A DNA stretch of 64,000 nt from Mobula hypostoma (lineage: Eukaryota), in the NCBI RefSeq assembly GCF_963921235.1, contig NC_086108.1, forward strand, positions 115,818,001-115,882,000. The letters run 5' to 3'. Positions 14,976-35,766 of the stretch are shown piece after piece. Every line of letters starts with the position of its first letter. Within the stretch, counting starts at the first letter, position 1. Below the pieces are notes generated by a model. The model was not told where the DNA came from and did no database searches. It saw only the letters and a program-made list of their open reading frames with translations. A program made the position numbers and the translations under genes.

Positions 14976-17900
14976 GGCAGATATACACACACATGAATAC
15001 ACACACACACACGAGGATATACACACACACATCAATACACACACATGCAGATATACACACATCAATACACGCAAACACACAGGCAGATATACACACACAC
15101 ATCAATACACACACACACACATGCAGATATACACACACACATCAATACACACACACACATGCAGATATAGAGACACATCAATACACACACACATGCAGAT
15201 ATTAACACACACATCAATACATACATACATCCATCAATACACACACACATCAATACACACACACATCAATACACACACACATGCAGATATACACACACAC
15301 ACATCAATACACACACACAGACATGCAGATATACACACACACATCAATACACACACGCACATGCAGATATACACACACATCACTAGACGCACACACACAC
15401 ACACACACAGGCAGATATACACACACACATCAATACACGCACACACATGCAGATATACACACACATCAATACACACACAGACATGCAGATATACACACAC
15501 ACATCAATACACACACACACATTGCAGATATACACACACACATGCATATTTACACAGACACATCAATATACACACACACGCATGCAGATATACATACACA
15601 CATCAATACACACACATGCAGATATACACACTGACATCAATACACAAACATGCAGATATACACACACACATCAAACACTCACACACACATCAATACACTC
15701 ACACACACAGGCAGATATACACACACACATCAATACACACACACACACAGGCAGATATACACACACACATCAATACACACACACACATGCAGATATACAC
15801 ACATATGCAGATATACACACAGATGCAGATATACACACAGATCAATGCACACACACAAATGCACATATACACACACTCATCAATACACACACACACACAC
15901 CTGCAGATATATACACACACACACACACACACATCAATACAGACACACACACACACGCAGGCAGATACACACACACATCAATACAGACACATACACATGC
16001 AGATATACACACACACATGAATACACACAGACACACATGCAGATATACACACACACATGCAGATATGCACACACAGATGCAGACATATACACACACACAC
16101 ATGCAGATATTGACACACACATCAATACACACACACCCAAGCAGTTATAGACACTTACATCAATACACACACACATGTAGATATACACTCACACATCAAT
16201 ACACAAACACACACATGCAGATATACACACACGCATCAATAAACACACACACACATCAATACACACACACATGCAGATATACACATACACATCAATGCAC
16301 ACACACACATGCAGATATACACACACACATCAATACACACACATGCAGATATACACACACATCAACACACACACACACAGGCAGATATACACACACCCAT
16401 CAATACAGACACACACACATGCAGATATACACACACACATGCAGATATACACACACACATGCAGATATACACACACACATGAATACACACACAGATGCAG
16501 ATATACACACACACATCAATACACACACACATGCAGATATAGACACACATCAATTCACACACACACCTGCAGATATGCACACACACATGCAGATTTACAC
16601 AGACACATCAATACACACACACACACATGCAGATATACACAAACATCAATACACACACATGCAGATATACACACACATCAATACACACACATGCAGATAT
16701 ACACACACATCAATACACACACAAACACAGGCAGATATACACACACCCATCTATACAGACACACACACATGCAGATATACACACACACTTGAATACACAC
16801 ACAGATGCAGATATACACACACATCAATACACACACACATGCAGATATAGACACACATCAATACACACACACACACACACATGCAGATACACACACACAT
16901 GAATACACACACACACATGCCGATATACACACACATCAATACACACACACACATGCAGATATACACACACACATGAATACACACACATGCAGATATACAC
17001 ACACACATAAATACACACACACATGTAGAGATACACACACATCAATACACACACACACAGGCAGATATACACACAGCTCAATACACACACACACATGCAG
17101 ATATACACACACACATCAATACACACAGATATGCTGATATACACACACACACATGTAGATACACACACACATCACTACACACACACACACATGCAGATAT
17201 ACACACACACATCAATACGCACACACAGACATGCAGTTATACACAAACACATGAATACACACACATGCAGATATACACACACACACCTGCCGATATACAC
17301 ACACACATGCAGATTTACACAGACACATCAACACACACACACACATGCAGATATACACACACACACATCAATACACACACATGCAGATATACACACAGAC
17401 ATCAATACACACACACACAGGCAGATACACACACACATCAGTACACACACTCACAGGCAGATATACACACATCAATACACACACATACATGCGGATATAC
17501 ACACACACATGAATACACATACATGCAGATATACACACACATCAATACACACACACATGCAGATATACACACACACATTCATACACACACAGACATGCAG
17601 ATATACACGCACACATCAATACACACACACAGACATGCAGATATACACACACACATCAATACACACACACACACACATGCAGATATACACACACATCAAT
17701 ACACACACACACACACACACAGGCAGATATACACACACATGAATACACACACACACACATGCAGATATACACACACATCAATACACCACATGCAGATATA
17801 CACACACACATGCAGATTTGCACAGACACATCAATACACACACATGCAGATATACACACACACACCTGCTGATATACACACACACATGCTGATTTACACA

Positions 17901-17997
17901 GACACATCAATACACACACATGCAGATATACACACATCAATACACACACACACACATGCAGATATACACACACATCCATACACACACACACGCACAC

Positions 17998-18037
<40 letters not shown>

Positions 18038-18492
18038 AGGCAGATATACACACACATGAATACACACACACACACGTAGATATATACACACACATCAATA
18101 CACACACATGCAGATATACACACACATCAATACACACACACACAGGCAGATATACACACACACATGAACACACACAGACACAAATGTAGATATACACACA
18201 CACATCAATACACACACACATGCAGATATACACACACATCAATACACACACACACACATGCAGATATACACACACATCAATACACACACACACATGCAGA
18301 TATACACACACACATCAATACACACAGATGCAGATATACACACACATGAATACACACACATGCAGATATACACACACATCAATACACAAACACACACATG
18401 CAGATATACACACACGCATCAATACACACACACAGGCAGATAATCACACACACACATCAATATACACACACATGCAGATATACACACACATC

Positions 18493-18536
<44 letters not shown>

Positions 18537-20160
18537 GGCAGATATACACACACATGAATACACACACACACACGAGGATATACACACACACATCAATACA
18601 CACACATGCAGATATACACACATCAATACACGCAAACACACAGGCAGATATACACACACACATCAATACACACACACACAAATGCAGATATACACACACA
18701 CATCAATACACACACACACATGCAGATATAGAGACACATCAATACACACCCACATGCAGATATTAACACACACATCAATACATACATACATCAATACACA
18801 CACACAATACACACACACATCAATACACACACACATGCAGATATACACACACACACATCAATACACACACACAGACATGCAGATATACACACACACATCA
18901 ATACACACACACACATGCAGATATACACACACATCACTAGACGCACACACACACACAGGCAGATACACACACACACATCAATACACGCACACACATGCAG
19001 ATATACACACACACATCAATACACACACAGACATGCAGATATACACACACACATCAATACACACACACATTGCAGATATACACACACATGCAGATTTACA
19101 CAGACACATCAATATACACACACATTGCAGATATACACACACATGCAGATTTACACAGATATACATACACACACATGCAGATATACATACACACGCATGC
19201 AGATATACACACACATGCAGATATACATACACACGCATGCAGATATACATACACACACATGCAGATATACACACCGACATCAATACACACACATGCAGAT
19301 ATACACACACACATCAAAACACTCACACACACATCAATACACTCACACACACAGGCAGATATACACACACACATCAATACACACACACACACATGCAGAT
19401 ATACACACACATGAATACACAAACTCATGCAGATATATACACACACTGGCAGATATACACACATATGCAGATATACACACAGATGCAGATACACACACAG
19501 ATCAATACACACACACACATGCACATATACACACACTCATCAATACACACACACACACCTGCAGTAACACACACACACACACATCAATACAGACACACAC
19601 ACACACACACACACACATGCAGATATACACACACATGAATACACACAGACACACATGCAGATATACACACACACATGCAGATATGCACACACAGATGCAG
19701 ACATATACACACACACACATGCAGATATTGACACACACATCAATACACACACACCCAAGCAGATATAGACACTTACATCAATACACACACACATGTAGAT
19801 ATACACTCACACATCAATACACAAACACACACATGCAGATATACACACACGCATCAGTACACACACACACACACATCAATACACACATACATGCAGATAT
19901 ACACATACACATCAATGCACACACACACATGCAGATATACACACACACATCAATACACACACATGCAGATATACACACACATCAATACACACACACACAG
20001 GCAGATATACACACACCCATCAATACAGACACACACACATGCAGATATACACACACACATGCAGATATACACACACACATGAATACACACACAGATGCAG
20101 ATATACACACACACATCAATACACACACACATGCAGATATAGACACACATCAATACACAC
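12980..20160 (+). repeat. Higher-order tandem duplication, unit ~3.57 kb (~12980-16560 and ~16560-20160)
   Basis: GCTCAATA at 13501/17076, GAGGATAT at 15013/18574, CACTAGACGC at 15381/18935, plus shared GCAGTTATACA, CCTGCCGATA and TGCGGATATA. Confidence 0.9.
14404..14465 (+). repeat. Pure (CA)31 microsatellite, the longest uninterrupted tract seen
   Basis: 62 bp of uninterrupted CA following TCCATA. Confidence 0.9.
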
Positions 20161-20426
20161 ACACATCAATACACACACGTAGATATACACACACATCAAT
20201 TCACACACTCACATGCAGATATATACACACACATCAATACACACACACACATGCAGAAATACACACACACATCAATACACACACACATTCACACATGCAG
20301 ATATACACATAAACATCAATACACACACAGATGCAGATATATACACACACATCAATACACACACATGCAGATATACACACATCAATACACACACACATGC
20401 AGATATACACACGCACATTAATACAG

Positions 20427-20461
<35 letters not shown>

Positions 20462-21738
20462 CAAATACACACACACACATATGCAGATATACACACACAC
20501 ATGAATACACACAGACACACATGCAGATATACACACACACATGCAGATATGCACACACAGATGCAGACATATACACACACACACATGCAGATATTGACAC
20601 ACACATCAATACACACACCCAAGCAGATATAGACACTCACATCAATACACACATACATGTAAATATACACTCACACATCAATACACAAACACACACATGC
20701 AGATATACACACACGCATCAATACACACACACACATCAATACACACACACACACGTGCAGATATACACATACACATCAATACACACACACACACACACAC
20801 ATGCAGATATACACACACATCAATACACACACATGCAGATATACACACACATCAATACACACACACACAGGCAGATATACACACACCCATCAATATAGAC
20901 ACACACACATGCAGATATACACACACACATGAATACACACACAGATGCAGATATACACACACACATCAATACACACACACATGCAGATATAGACACACAT
21001 CAATACACACACACATGCAGATATATACACACACATCAATACACACACATGCAGATATACACACACATGCAGATAAACACACACATCAATACACACACAT
21101 GCAGATATACACACACATCAATACACACACACACACACAGAGGCAGATATACACACACACATCAATACACACACACACATGCAGATATACACACACACAC
21201 AATACACACACACACACATGCAGATATACACACACACATCAATACACACACACACATGCAGATATACACACACACATCAATACACACACACACATGCAGA
21301 TATACACACACATATCCACACATACACACACACACACACAGGCAGATATACACACACACACACACACACACACAGGCAGATATACACACACACACACACG
21401 CAGATATACACACACACATCAATACACACACACACACCTGCAGATATACACACACACATGCAGATTTACACAAACACATCAATACACACACACACACATG
21501 CAGATATACACACACACATCAATACACACACAGGCAGATAAACACACACACATCAATACACCAACACATGGCGATATACACACACATGAATGCACAGAAA
21601 CTCATGCAGATATATACACACACATGCAGATATACACACAGATGCAGATATACTCACACATCAATACACACACACATGCACATATACACACACTCATCAA
21701 TACACACACACACAGGCAGATAATCACACACACACATC

Positions 21739-21774
<36 letters not shown>

Positions 21775-24700
21775 CAGATATACACATAAACATCAATACA
21801 CACACAGATGCAGATATACACACACACATCAATACACACACATGCAGATATACACACATCAATACACGCAAACACACAGGCCGATATACACACACACATC
21901 AATACACACACACACATGCAGATATACACACACACATGAAGACACACACACACATGCAGATATACACACACACATCAATACACACACACATGCAGATATA
22001 GACACACATCAATACACACACATGCAGATATAAGCACACACATCAATATACACACACACATGTAGATATACACACACATCAATACACACACACATCAATA
22101 CACACACACATGCAGATATACACACACACATCAATACACACACACAGACATGCAGATATACACACACATCAATACACACACACACATGCAGATATACACA
22201 CACATCAATACACGCACACACACACATAGGCAGATATACACACACACATCAATACACGCACACACACATGCAGATATACACACACACATCAATACACACA
22301 CAGACATGCAGATATACACAGACACATCAATACACACACACACACATGCAGATATACACACACACACACCTGTAGATATACACACACACATGCAGATTTA
22401 CACAGACACATCAACACACACACATGTATGCAGATATACATACACACATCAATACACACACATGCAGATATACACACACACATCAATACACACACACATG
22501 CAGATATACACAGACACATCAATTCACTCACACACACAGGCAGATATACACACACACATCAATACACACACATGCAGATATACACACATCAATACACGCA
22601 AACACACAGGCAGATATACACACACATCAATACACACACATGCAGATATGCACACACAGATGCAGACATATACACACACACATGCTGATATTGACACACA
22701 CATCAATACACACACCCAAGCAGATATAGACACTCACATCAATACACACACACATGTAAATATACACTCACACATCAATACACAAACACACACATGCAGA
22801 TATACACACACGCATCAATACACACACACACACATCAATACACACACACACACGTGCAGATATACACATACACATCAATACACACACACCCAAGCAGATA
22901 TAGACACTTAGATCAATACACACACACATGTAGATATACACTCACACATCAATACACAAACACACACATGCAGATATACACACACGCATCAATAAACATA
23001 CACACACTTGCAGATATACACACACACATCAATACACACACATGCAGATATACACACACAGGCAGATATATACACACCCATCAGTACAGACACACACACA
23101 TGCAGATATACACACACACATGCAGATATACACACACATGAATACACACACAGATGCAGATATACACACACACATCAATACACACACATGCAGATATAGA
23201 CACACATCAATACACACACACACATGCAGATATACACACACACATGTAGATATACACACACATCAATTCACACACACAGATGCAGATATACACACACATG
23301 CAGATATACACACACACATCAATACACACACACATGCAGATATACACACACATGAATACACAAACTGATGCAGATATATACACACACATGCAGATATACA
23401 CACACATGCAGATATACACACAGATCAATACACACACACACATGCACATATACACACACTCATCAATACATACACACACACCTGCAGATATACACACACA
23501 CACATGCAGATATACACACACACATGAATACAAACAGACACACATGCAGATATACACACACATGCAGATATGCACACACAGATGCAGACATATACACACA
23601 CACATGCTGATATTGACACACACATCAATACACACACACCAAAGCAGATATAGACACTCACATCAATACACACACACATGTAGATATACACTCACACATC
23701 AATACACAAACACACACATGCAGATATACACACACGCATCAATACACATACACACACTTGCAGATATACACACACACATCAATACACACAGATGCAGATA
23801 TACACACACAGGCAGATATACACACACCCATCAATACAGACACACACACATGCAGATATACACACACACATGCAGATATACACACACATGAAAACACACA
23901 CAGATGCAGATATACACACACACATCAATACACACACATGCAGATATAGTCACACATCAATACACACACACACATGCAGATATACACACACACATGTAGA
24001 TACACACACACATCACTGCACACACACACATGTAGATATACACACACATCAATACACACACACACATGCAGACATACACACACACATGTAGATACACACA
24101 CACATCACTGCACACACACACGTAGATATACACACACATCAATACACACACACACAGGCAGATATACACACACACATCAATACACACACACACACATGCA
24201 GATATACACACACATCAATACACACACACAGACATGCAGATATACACACACACATCAATACACACACACACACGTAGATATACACACACATCAATACACA
24301 CACACACAGAGGCAGATATACACACACACATGCAGATATACACACACACATCAATACACACACACAGACATGCAGATATACACACACACATCAATACACA
24401 CACAGACATGCAGATATACACACACACACATCAATACACACACACACATGCAGATATACACACACATATCCACACATACACACACACACACACAGGCAGA
24501 TACACACACACACACACACACACACACATGCAGATACACACACACACACACACGCAGATATACACACACACATCAATACACACACACACACCTGCAGATA
24601 TACACACACACATCAATACACACACAGGCAGATATACACACACACATCAATACACCAACATATGCAGATATACACACACATGAATACACACAAACTCATG

Positions 24701-25730
24701 CAGATATATACACACACATGCAGATATACACACACATCAATACACACACACATGCACATATACACACACTCATCAATACACACACACACACCTGCAGATA
24801 TACACACACACACATATGCAGATATACACACACACATCAATACAGACACACACACACACACAGGCAGATACACACACACATCAACACACACACACACATG
24901 CAGATATACACACACACATGAATACACATACACACACGCAGATATACACACACACATGCAGATATGCACACACAGATGCAGATATATGCACACACACACA
25001 TATGCAGATATACACACACACATGCAGATATACACACACACATCAATACAGAAACACACACACACACACACACACAGGCAGATACACACACACATCAATA
25101 CACACACACACATGCAGATATACACACACATGAATACACACAGACACACATGCAGATATACACACACACATGCAGATATGCACACACAGATGCAGACATA
25201 TACACACACATGCAGATATTGATACACACATCAATACACACACACCCAAGCAGATGTAGACACTCACATCAACACACACACACATGTAGATATACACTCA
25301 CACATCAACACACACAATGCAGATATACACACACATCAATACACACACACACACGCAGATATACACATACACATCAATACACACACACACACATGCAGAT
25401 ATACACACCCACATCAACACACACACATCAATACACACACACACAGGCAGATATACACACACCCATCAATACAGACACACACACATGCAGATATACACAC
25501 ACACATGCAGATATACACACACACATGAATACACACACAGATGCAGATATACACACACACATGCAGATATACACACACATCATTACACACACACATGCAG
25601 ATATACACACACACATGAATACAGACACATGCAGATATACACACACATCAATACACAAACACACACATGCAGATATACACACACGCATCAATACACACAC
25701 ACACAGGCAGATAATCACACACACACATCA

Positions 25731-25763
<33 letters not shown>

Positions 25764-26713
25764 CAGATATACACATAAACATCAATACACACACACAGAT
25801 GCAGATATACACACACACATCAATACACACACATGCAGATATACACACATCAATACACGCAAACACACAGGCAGATATACACACACATCAATGCACACAC
25901 ACATGCAGATATACACACACACATGAATACACACACACACATGCAGATATACACACACACATCAATACACACACATGCAGATATACACACACATCAATAC
26001 ACACACATGCAGATATATACACACACATCAATACACACACACAGACATGCAGATATACACACACATCAATACACACACACACATGCAGATATACACACAC
26101 ATCAATACACGCACACACACACACAGGCAGATATATACACACACATCAATACACGCACACACAGATGCAGATATACACACACACATCAATACACACACAG
26201 ACATGCAGATATACACACACACATCAATACACACACACACACATGCAGATATACACACACACATCAATACACACACACACACCTGCAGATATACACACAC
26301 ACATGCAGATTTACACAGACACATCAATACACACACACACGCATGCAGATATACATACACACATCAATACACACACATGCAGATATACACACACACATCA
26401 ATACACACACACATGCAGATACACACACACACACACATCAATACACTCACACACACAGGCAGATATACACACACACATCAATACACACACACACATGCAG
26501 ATATACACACACATGAATACACAAACTCATGCAGATATATACACACACATGCAGATATACACACACATGCAGATATACACACAGATGCAGATATACACAC
26601 AGATCAATACACACACACACATGCACATATACACACACTCATCAATACACACACACACACCTGCAGATATACACACACACACACATGCAGATATACACAC
26701 GCACATTAATACA

Positions 26714-26757
<44 letters not shown>

Positions 26758-27575
26758 CAAATACACACACACACATATGCAGATATACACACACACATGA
26801 ATACACACACATGCAGATATACACACACATCAATACACAAACACACACATGCAGGTATACACACACGCATCAATAGACAGACACACAGGCAGATAATCAC
26901 ACACACACAATACACACACACACACATGCAGATATACACATAAACATCAATACACACACACAGATGCAGATATACACACACACATCAATACACACACATG
27001 CAGATATACACACATCAATACACGCAAACACACAGGCAGATATACACACACATCAATACACACACACACACATGCAGATATACACACACACATCAATACA
27101 CACACACACATGCAGATATACACACACATCAATACACACACACACACCTGCAGATATACACACACACATGCAGATTTACACAGACACATCAATACACACA
27201 CACACGCATGCAGATATACATACACACATCAATACACACACATGCAGATATACACACACACATCAATACACACACATGCAGATATACACACACACACACA
27301 TCAATACACTCACACACTGGCAGATATACACACACACATCAATACACACACACACATGCAGATATACACACACATGAATACACAAACTCATGCAGATATA
27401 TACACACACATGCAGATATACACACACATGCAGATATACACACAGATGCAGATATACACACAGATCAATACACACACACACATGCACATATACACACACT
27501 CATCAATACACACACACACACCTGCAGATATACACACACACACACATGCAGATATACACACGCACATTAATACAG

Positions 27576-27606
<31 letters not shown>

Positions 27607-30181
27607 ACACACACACACATATGCAGATATACACACACACATGAATACACACAGACACACATGCAGATATACACACACACATGCAGATATGCACACACAG
27701 ATGCAGACATATACACACACACACATGCAGATATTGACACACACATCAATACACACACCCAAGCAGATATAGACACTCACATCAATACACACACACATGT
27801 AAATATACACTCACACATCAATACACAAACACACACATGCAGATATACACACACATGAATACACAAACTCATGCAGATATATACACACACTGGCAGATAT
27901 ACACACATATGCAGATATACACACAGATGCAGATACACACACAGATCAATACACACACACACATGCACATATACACACACTCATCAATACACACACACAC
28001 ACCTGCAGTAACACACACACACACACATCAATACAGACACACACACACACACACACACATGCAGATATACACACACATGAATACACACAGACACACATGC
28101 AGATATACACACACACATGCAGATATGCACACACAGATGCAGACATATACACACACACATGCAGATATTGACACACACATCAATACACACACACCCAAGC
28201 AGATATAGACACTTACATCAATACACACACACATGTAGATATACACTCACACATCAATACACAAACACACACATGCAGATATACACACACGCATCAATAC
28301 ACACACACACACACATCAATACACACACACATGCAGATATACACATACACATCAATACACACACACACATGCAGATATACACACACACATCAATACACAC
28401 ACATGCAGATATACACACACATCAATACACACACACACAGGCAGATATACACACACCCATCAATACAGACACACACACATGCAGATATACACACACACAC
28501 ATGCAGATATACACACACACATGAATACACACACAGATGCAGATATACACACACACATCAATACACACACACATGCAGATATAGACACACATCAATACAC
28601 ACACACATCAATACACACACGTAGATATACACACACATCAATTCACACACACACATGCAGATATATACACACACATCAATACACACACACATGCAGAAAT
28701 ACACACACACATCAATACACACACACATTCACACATGCAGATATACACATAAACATCAATACACACACAGATGCAGATATATACACACACATCAATACAC
28801 ACACATGCAGATATACACACATCAATACACACACACATGCAGATATACACACGCACATTAATACAGACACACACACACACAGGCAAATACACACACACAC
28901 ATATGCAGATATACACACACACATGAATACACACAGACACACATGCAGATATACACACACACATGCAGATATGCACACACAGATGCAGACATATACACAC
29001 ACACATGCAGATATTGACACACACATCAATACACACACCCAAGCAGATATAGACACTCACATCAATACACACACACATGTAAATATACACTCACACATCA
29101 ATACACAAACACACACATGCAGATATACACACACGCATCAATACACACACACACACATCAATACACACACACACACGTGCAGATATACACATACACATCA
29201 ATACACACACACACACACACATGCAGATATACACACACATCAATGCACACACATGCAGATATACACACACATCAATACACACACACACAGGCAGATATAC
29301 ACACACCCATCAATACAGACACACACACATGCAGATATACACACACACATGAATACACACACAGATGCAGATATACACACACACATCAATACACACACAC
29401 ATGCAGATATAGACACACATCAATACACACACACATGCAGATATACACACACACATCAATACACACACATGCAGATATACACACACATCAATACACACAC
29501 ACATGCAGATATACACACACATCAATACACACACATGCAGATATACACACACATCAATACACACACACACACACACACAGAGGCAGATATACACACACAC
29601 ATCAATACACACACACACACATGCAGATATACACACACACATCAATACACACACACACACATGCAGATATACACACACACATCAATACACACACACACAT
29701 GCAGATATACACACACACATCAATACACACACACAGATGCAGATATACACACACATATCCACACATACACACACACACACACAGGCAGATATACACACAC
29801 ACACACACACACACACAGGCAGATATACACACACACACACACGCAGATATACACACACACATCAATACACACACACACACCTGCAGATATACACACACAC
29901 ATGCAGATTTACACAAACACATCAATACACACACACACACATGCAGATATACACACACACATCAATACACACACAGGCAGATATACACACACACATCAAT
30001 ACACCAACACATGGCGATATACACACACATGAATACACAGAAACTCATGCAGATATATACACACACATGCAGATATACACACAGATGCAGATATACTCAC
30101 ACATCAATACACACACACATGCACATATACACACACTCATCAATACACACACACACAGGCAGATAATCACACACACACATC

Positions 30182-30227
<46 letters not shown>

Positions 30228-33200
30228 CAGATATACACATAAACATCAATACACACACAGATGCAGATATACACACACACATCAATACACACACATGCAG
30301 ATATACACACATCAATACACGCAAACACACAGGCAGATATACACACACACATCAATACACACACACACATGCAGATATACACACACACATGAAGACACAC
30401 ACACACATGCAGATATACACACACACATCAATACACACACACATGCAGATATAGACACACATCAATACACACACATGCAGATATAAACACACACATCAAT
30501 ATACACACACACATGTAGAAATACACACACATCAATACACACACACATGCAGATATACACACACACATCAATACACACACACAGACATGCAGATATACAC
30601 ACACATCAATACACACACACACATGCAGATATACACACACATCAATACACGCACACACACACAGGCAGATATACACACACACATCAATACACGCACACAC
30701 ACATGCAGATATACACACACACATCAATACACACACAGACATGCAGATATACACAGACACATAAATACACACACACACATGCAGATATACACACACACAC
30801 ACCTGTAGATATACACACACACATGCAGATTTACACAGACACATCAACACACACACACATGTATGCAGATATACATACACACATCAATACACACACATGC
30901 AGATATACACACACACATCAATACACACACACATGCAGATATACACAGACACATCAATTCACTCACACACACAGGCAGATATACACACACACATCAATAC
31001 ACACACATGCAGATATACACACATCAATACACGCAAACACACAGGCAGATATACACACACATCAATACACACACACATGCAGATATGCACACACAGATGC
31101 AGACATATACACACACACATGCTGATATTGACACACACATCAATACACACACCCAAGCAGATATAGACACTCACATCAATACACACACACATGTAAATAT
31201 ACACTCACACATCAATACACAAACACACACATGCAGATATACACACACGCATCAATACACACACACACACATCAATACACACACACACACGTGCAGATAT
31301 ACACATACACATCAATACACACACACCCAAGCAGATATAGACACTTAGATCAATACACACACACATGTAGATATACACTCACACATCAATACACAAACAC
31401 ACACATGCAGATATACACACACGCATCAATAAACATACACACACTTGCAGATATACACACACACATCAATACACACACATGCAGATATACACACACAGGC
31501 AGATATATACACACCCATCAGTACAGACACACACACATGCAGATATACACACACACATGCAGATATACACACACATGAATACACACACAGATGCAGATAT
31601 ACACACACACATCAATACACACACATGCAGATATAGACACACATCAATACACACACACACATGCAGATATACACACACACATGTAGATATACACACACAT
31701 CAATTCACACACACAGATGCAGATATACACACACACATGCAGATATACACACACACATCAATACACACACACATGCAGATATACACACACATGAATACAC
31801 AAACTGATGCAGATATATACACACACATGCAGATATACACACACATGCAGATATACACACAGATCAATACACACACACACATGCACATATACACACACTC
31901 ATCAATACACACACACACACCTGCAGATATACACACACACACATGCAGATATACACACACACATGAATACAAACAGACACACATGCAGATATACACACAC
32001 ATGCAGATATGCACACACAGATGCAGACATATACACACACACATGCTGATATTGACACACACATCAATACACACACACCAAAGCAGATATAGACACTCAC
32101 ATCAATACACACACACATGTAGATATACACTCACACATCAATACACAAACACACACATGCAGATATACACACACGCATCAATACACATACACACACTTGC
32201 AGATATACACACACACATCAATACACACAGATGCAGATATACACACACAGGCAGATATACACACACCCATCAATACAGACACACACACATGCAGATATAC
32301 ACACACACATGCAGATATACACACACATGAAAACACACACAGATGCAGATATACACACACACATCAATACACACACATGCAGATATAGACACACATCAAT
32401 ACACACACACACATGCAGATATACACACACACATGTAGATACACACACACATCACTGCACACACACACATGTAGATATACACACACATCAATACACACAC
32501 ACACATGCAGACATACACACACACATGTAGATACACACACACATCACTGCACACACACACGTAGATATACACACACATCAATACAAACACACACAGGCAG
32601 ATATACACACACACATCAATACACACACACACACATGCAGATATACACACACATCAATACACACACACAGACATGCAGATATACACACACATCAATACAC
32701 ACACATATGCAGATATACACACACATCAATACACACACACACAGAGGCAGATATACACACACACATGCAGATATACACACACACATCAATACACACACAC
32801 AGACATGCAGATATACACACACACATCAATACACACACAGACATGCAGATATACACACACACACATCAATACACACACACACATGCAGATATACACACAC
32901 ATATCCACACATACACACACACACACACAGGCAGATACACACACACACACACACACACACATGCAGATACACACACACACACACACGCAGATATACACAC
33001 ACACATCAATACACACACACACACCTGCAGATATACACACACACATCAATACACACACAGGCAGATATACACACACACATCAATACACCAACATATGCAG
33101 ATATACACACACATGAATACACACAAACTCATGCAGATATATACACACACATGCAGATATACACACACATGCAGATATACACACACATCAATACACACAC

Positions 33201-34300
33201 ACATGCACATATACACACACTCATCAATACACACACACACACCTGCAGATATACACACACACACATATGCAGATTTACACAGACACATCAATACACACAC
33301 ACAGACATGCAGATATACACACACACATCAATACACACACAGACATGCAGATATACACACACACACATCAATACACACACACACATGCAGATATACACAC
33401 ACATATCCACACATACACACACACACACACAGGCAGATACACACACACACACACACACACACATGCAGATACACACACACACACACACGCAGATATACAC
33501 ACACACATCAATACACACACACACACCTGCAGATATACACACACACATCAATACACACACAGGCAGATATACACACACACATCAATACACCAACATATGC
33601 AGATATACACACACATGAATACACACAAACTCATGCAGATATATACACACACATGCAGATATACACACAGATGCAGATATACACACACATCAATACACAC
33701 ACACATGCACATATACACACACTCATCAATACACACACACACACCTGCAGATATACACACACACACATATGCAGATATACACACACACATCAATACAGAC
33801 ACACACACACACACAGGCAGATACACACACACATCAACACACACACACACATGCAGATATACACACACACATGAATACACATACACACACGCAGATATAC
33901 ACACACACATGCAGATATGCACACACAGATGCAGATATATGCACACACACACATATGCAGATATACACACACACATGCAGATATACACACACACATCAAT
34001 ACAGAAACACACACACACACACACACAGGCAGATACACACACACATCAATACACACACACACATGCAGATATACACACACATGAATACACACAGACACAC
34101 ATGCAGATATACACACACACATGCAGATATGCACACACAGATGCAGACATATACACACACATGCAGATATTGATACACACATCAATACACACACACCCAA
34201 GCAGATGTAGACACTCACATCAACACACACACACATGTAGATATACACTCACACATCAACACACACAATGCAGATATACACACACATCAATACACACACA
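19400..34300 (+). repeat. Higher-order duplication, offset ~8.44 kb (~19400-25370 vs ~27850-34300)
   Basis: TGGCAGATAT at 19447/27891, CATGGCGATA at 21567/30010, TGAAGACA at 21937/30390, ACACTTAGATC at 22904/31341, AAACTGATGC at 23362/31801. Identical ORFs at 22794 and 31231. Confidence 0.9.
26270..27640 (+). repeat. ~0.5 kb direct repeat at offset 861 bp
   Basis: GCACATTAAT at 26701/27562. ORFs at 26529 and 27390 share their first ~65 aa. Confidence 0.8.
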
Positions 34301-35733
34301 CACACGCAGATATACACATACATCAATACACACACACACCTGCAGATATACACACACACACATGCAGATTTACACAGACACATCAATACACACACACACG
34401 CATGCAGATATACATACACACATCAATACACACACATGCAGATATACACACACACATCAATACACACACACATGCAGATATACACACACACACACATCAA
34501 TACACTCACACACACAGGCAGATATACACACACACATCAATACACACACACACATGCAGATATACACACACATGAATACACAAACTGATGCAGATATATA
34601 CACACACATGCAGATATACACACACATGCAGATATACACACAGATCAATACACACACACACATGCACATATACACACACTCATCAATACACACACACACA
34701 CCTGCAGATATACACACACACACATGCAGATATACACACACACATGAATACAAACAGACACACATGCAGATATACACACACATGCAGATATGCACACACA
34801 GATGCAGACATATACACACACACATGCTGATATTGACACACACATCAATACACACACACCAAAGCAGATATAGACACTCACATCAATACACACACACATG
34901 TAGATATACACTCACACATCAATACACAAACACACACATGCAGATATACACACACGCATCAATACACATACACACACTTGCAGATATACACACACACATC
35001 AATACACACAGATGCAGATATACACACACAGGCAGATATACACACACCCATCAATACAGACACACACACATGCAGATATACACACACACATGCAGATATA
35101 CACACACATGAAAACACACACAGATGCAGATATACACACACACATCAATACACACACATGCAGATATAGACACACATCAATACACACACACACATGCAGA
35201 TATACACACACACATGTAGATACACACACACATCACTGCACACACACACATGTAGATATACACACACATCAATACACACACACACATGCAGACATACACA
35301 CACACATGTAGATACACACACACATCACTGCACACACACACGTAGATATACACACACATCAATACAAACACACACAGGCAGATATACACACACACATCAA
35401 TACACACACACACACATGCAGATATACACACACATCAATACACACACACAGACATGCAGATATACACACACATCAATACACACACATATGCAGATATACA
35501 CACACATCAATACACACACACACAGAGGCAGATATACACACACACATCAATACACACACACACATGCAGATATACACACACACATCAATACACACACACA
35601 GACATGCAGATATACACACACACATCAATACACACACAGACATGCAGATATACACACACACACATCAATACACACACACACATGCAGATATACACACACA
35701 TATCCACACATACACACACACACACACAGGCAG

Positions 35734-35766
<33 letters not shown>
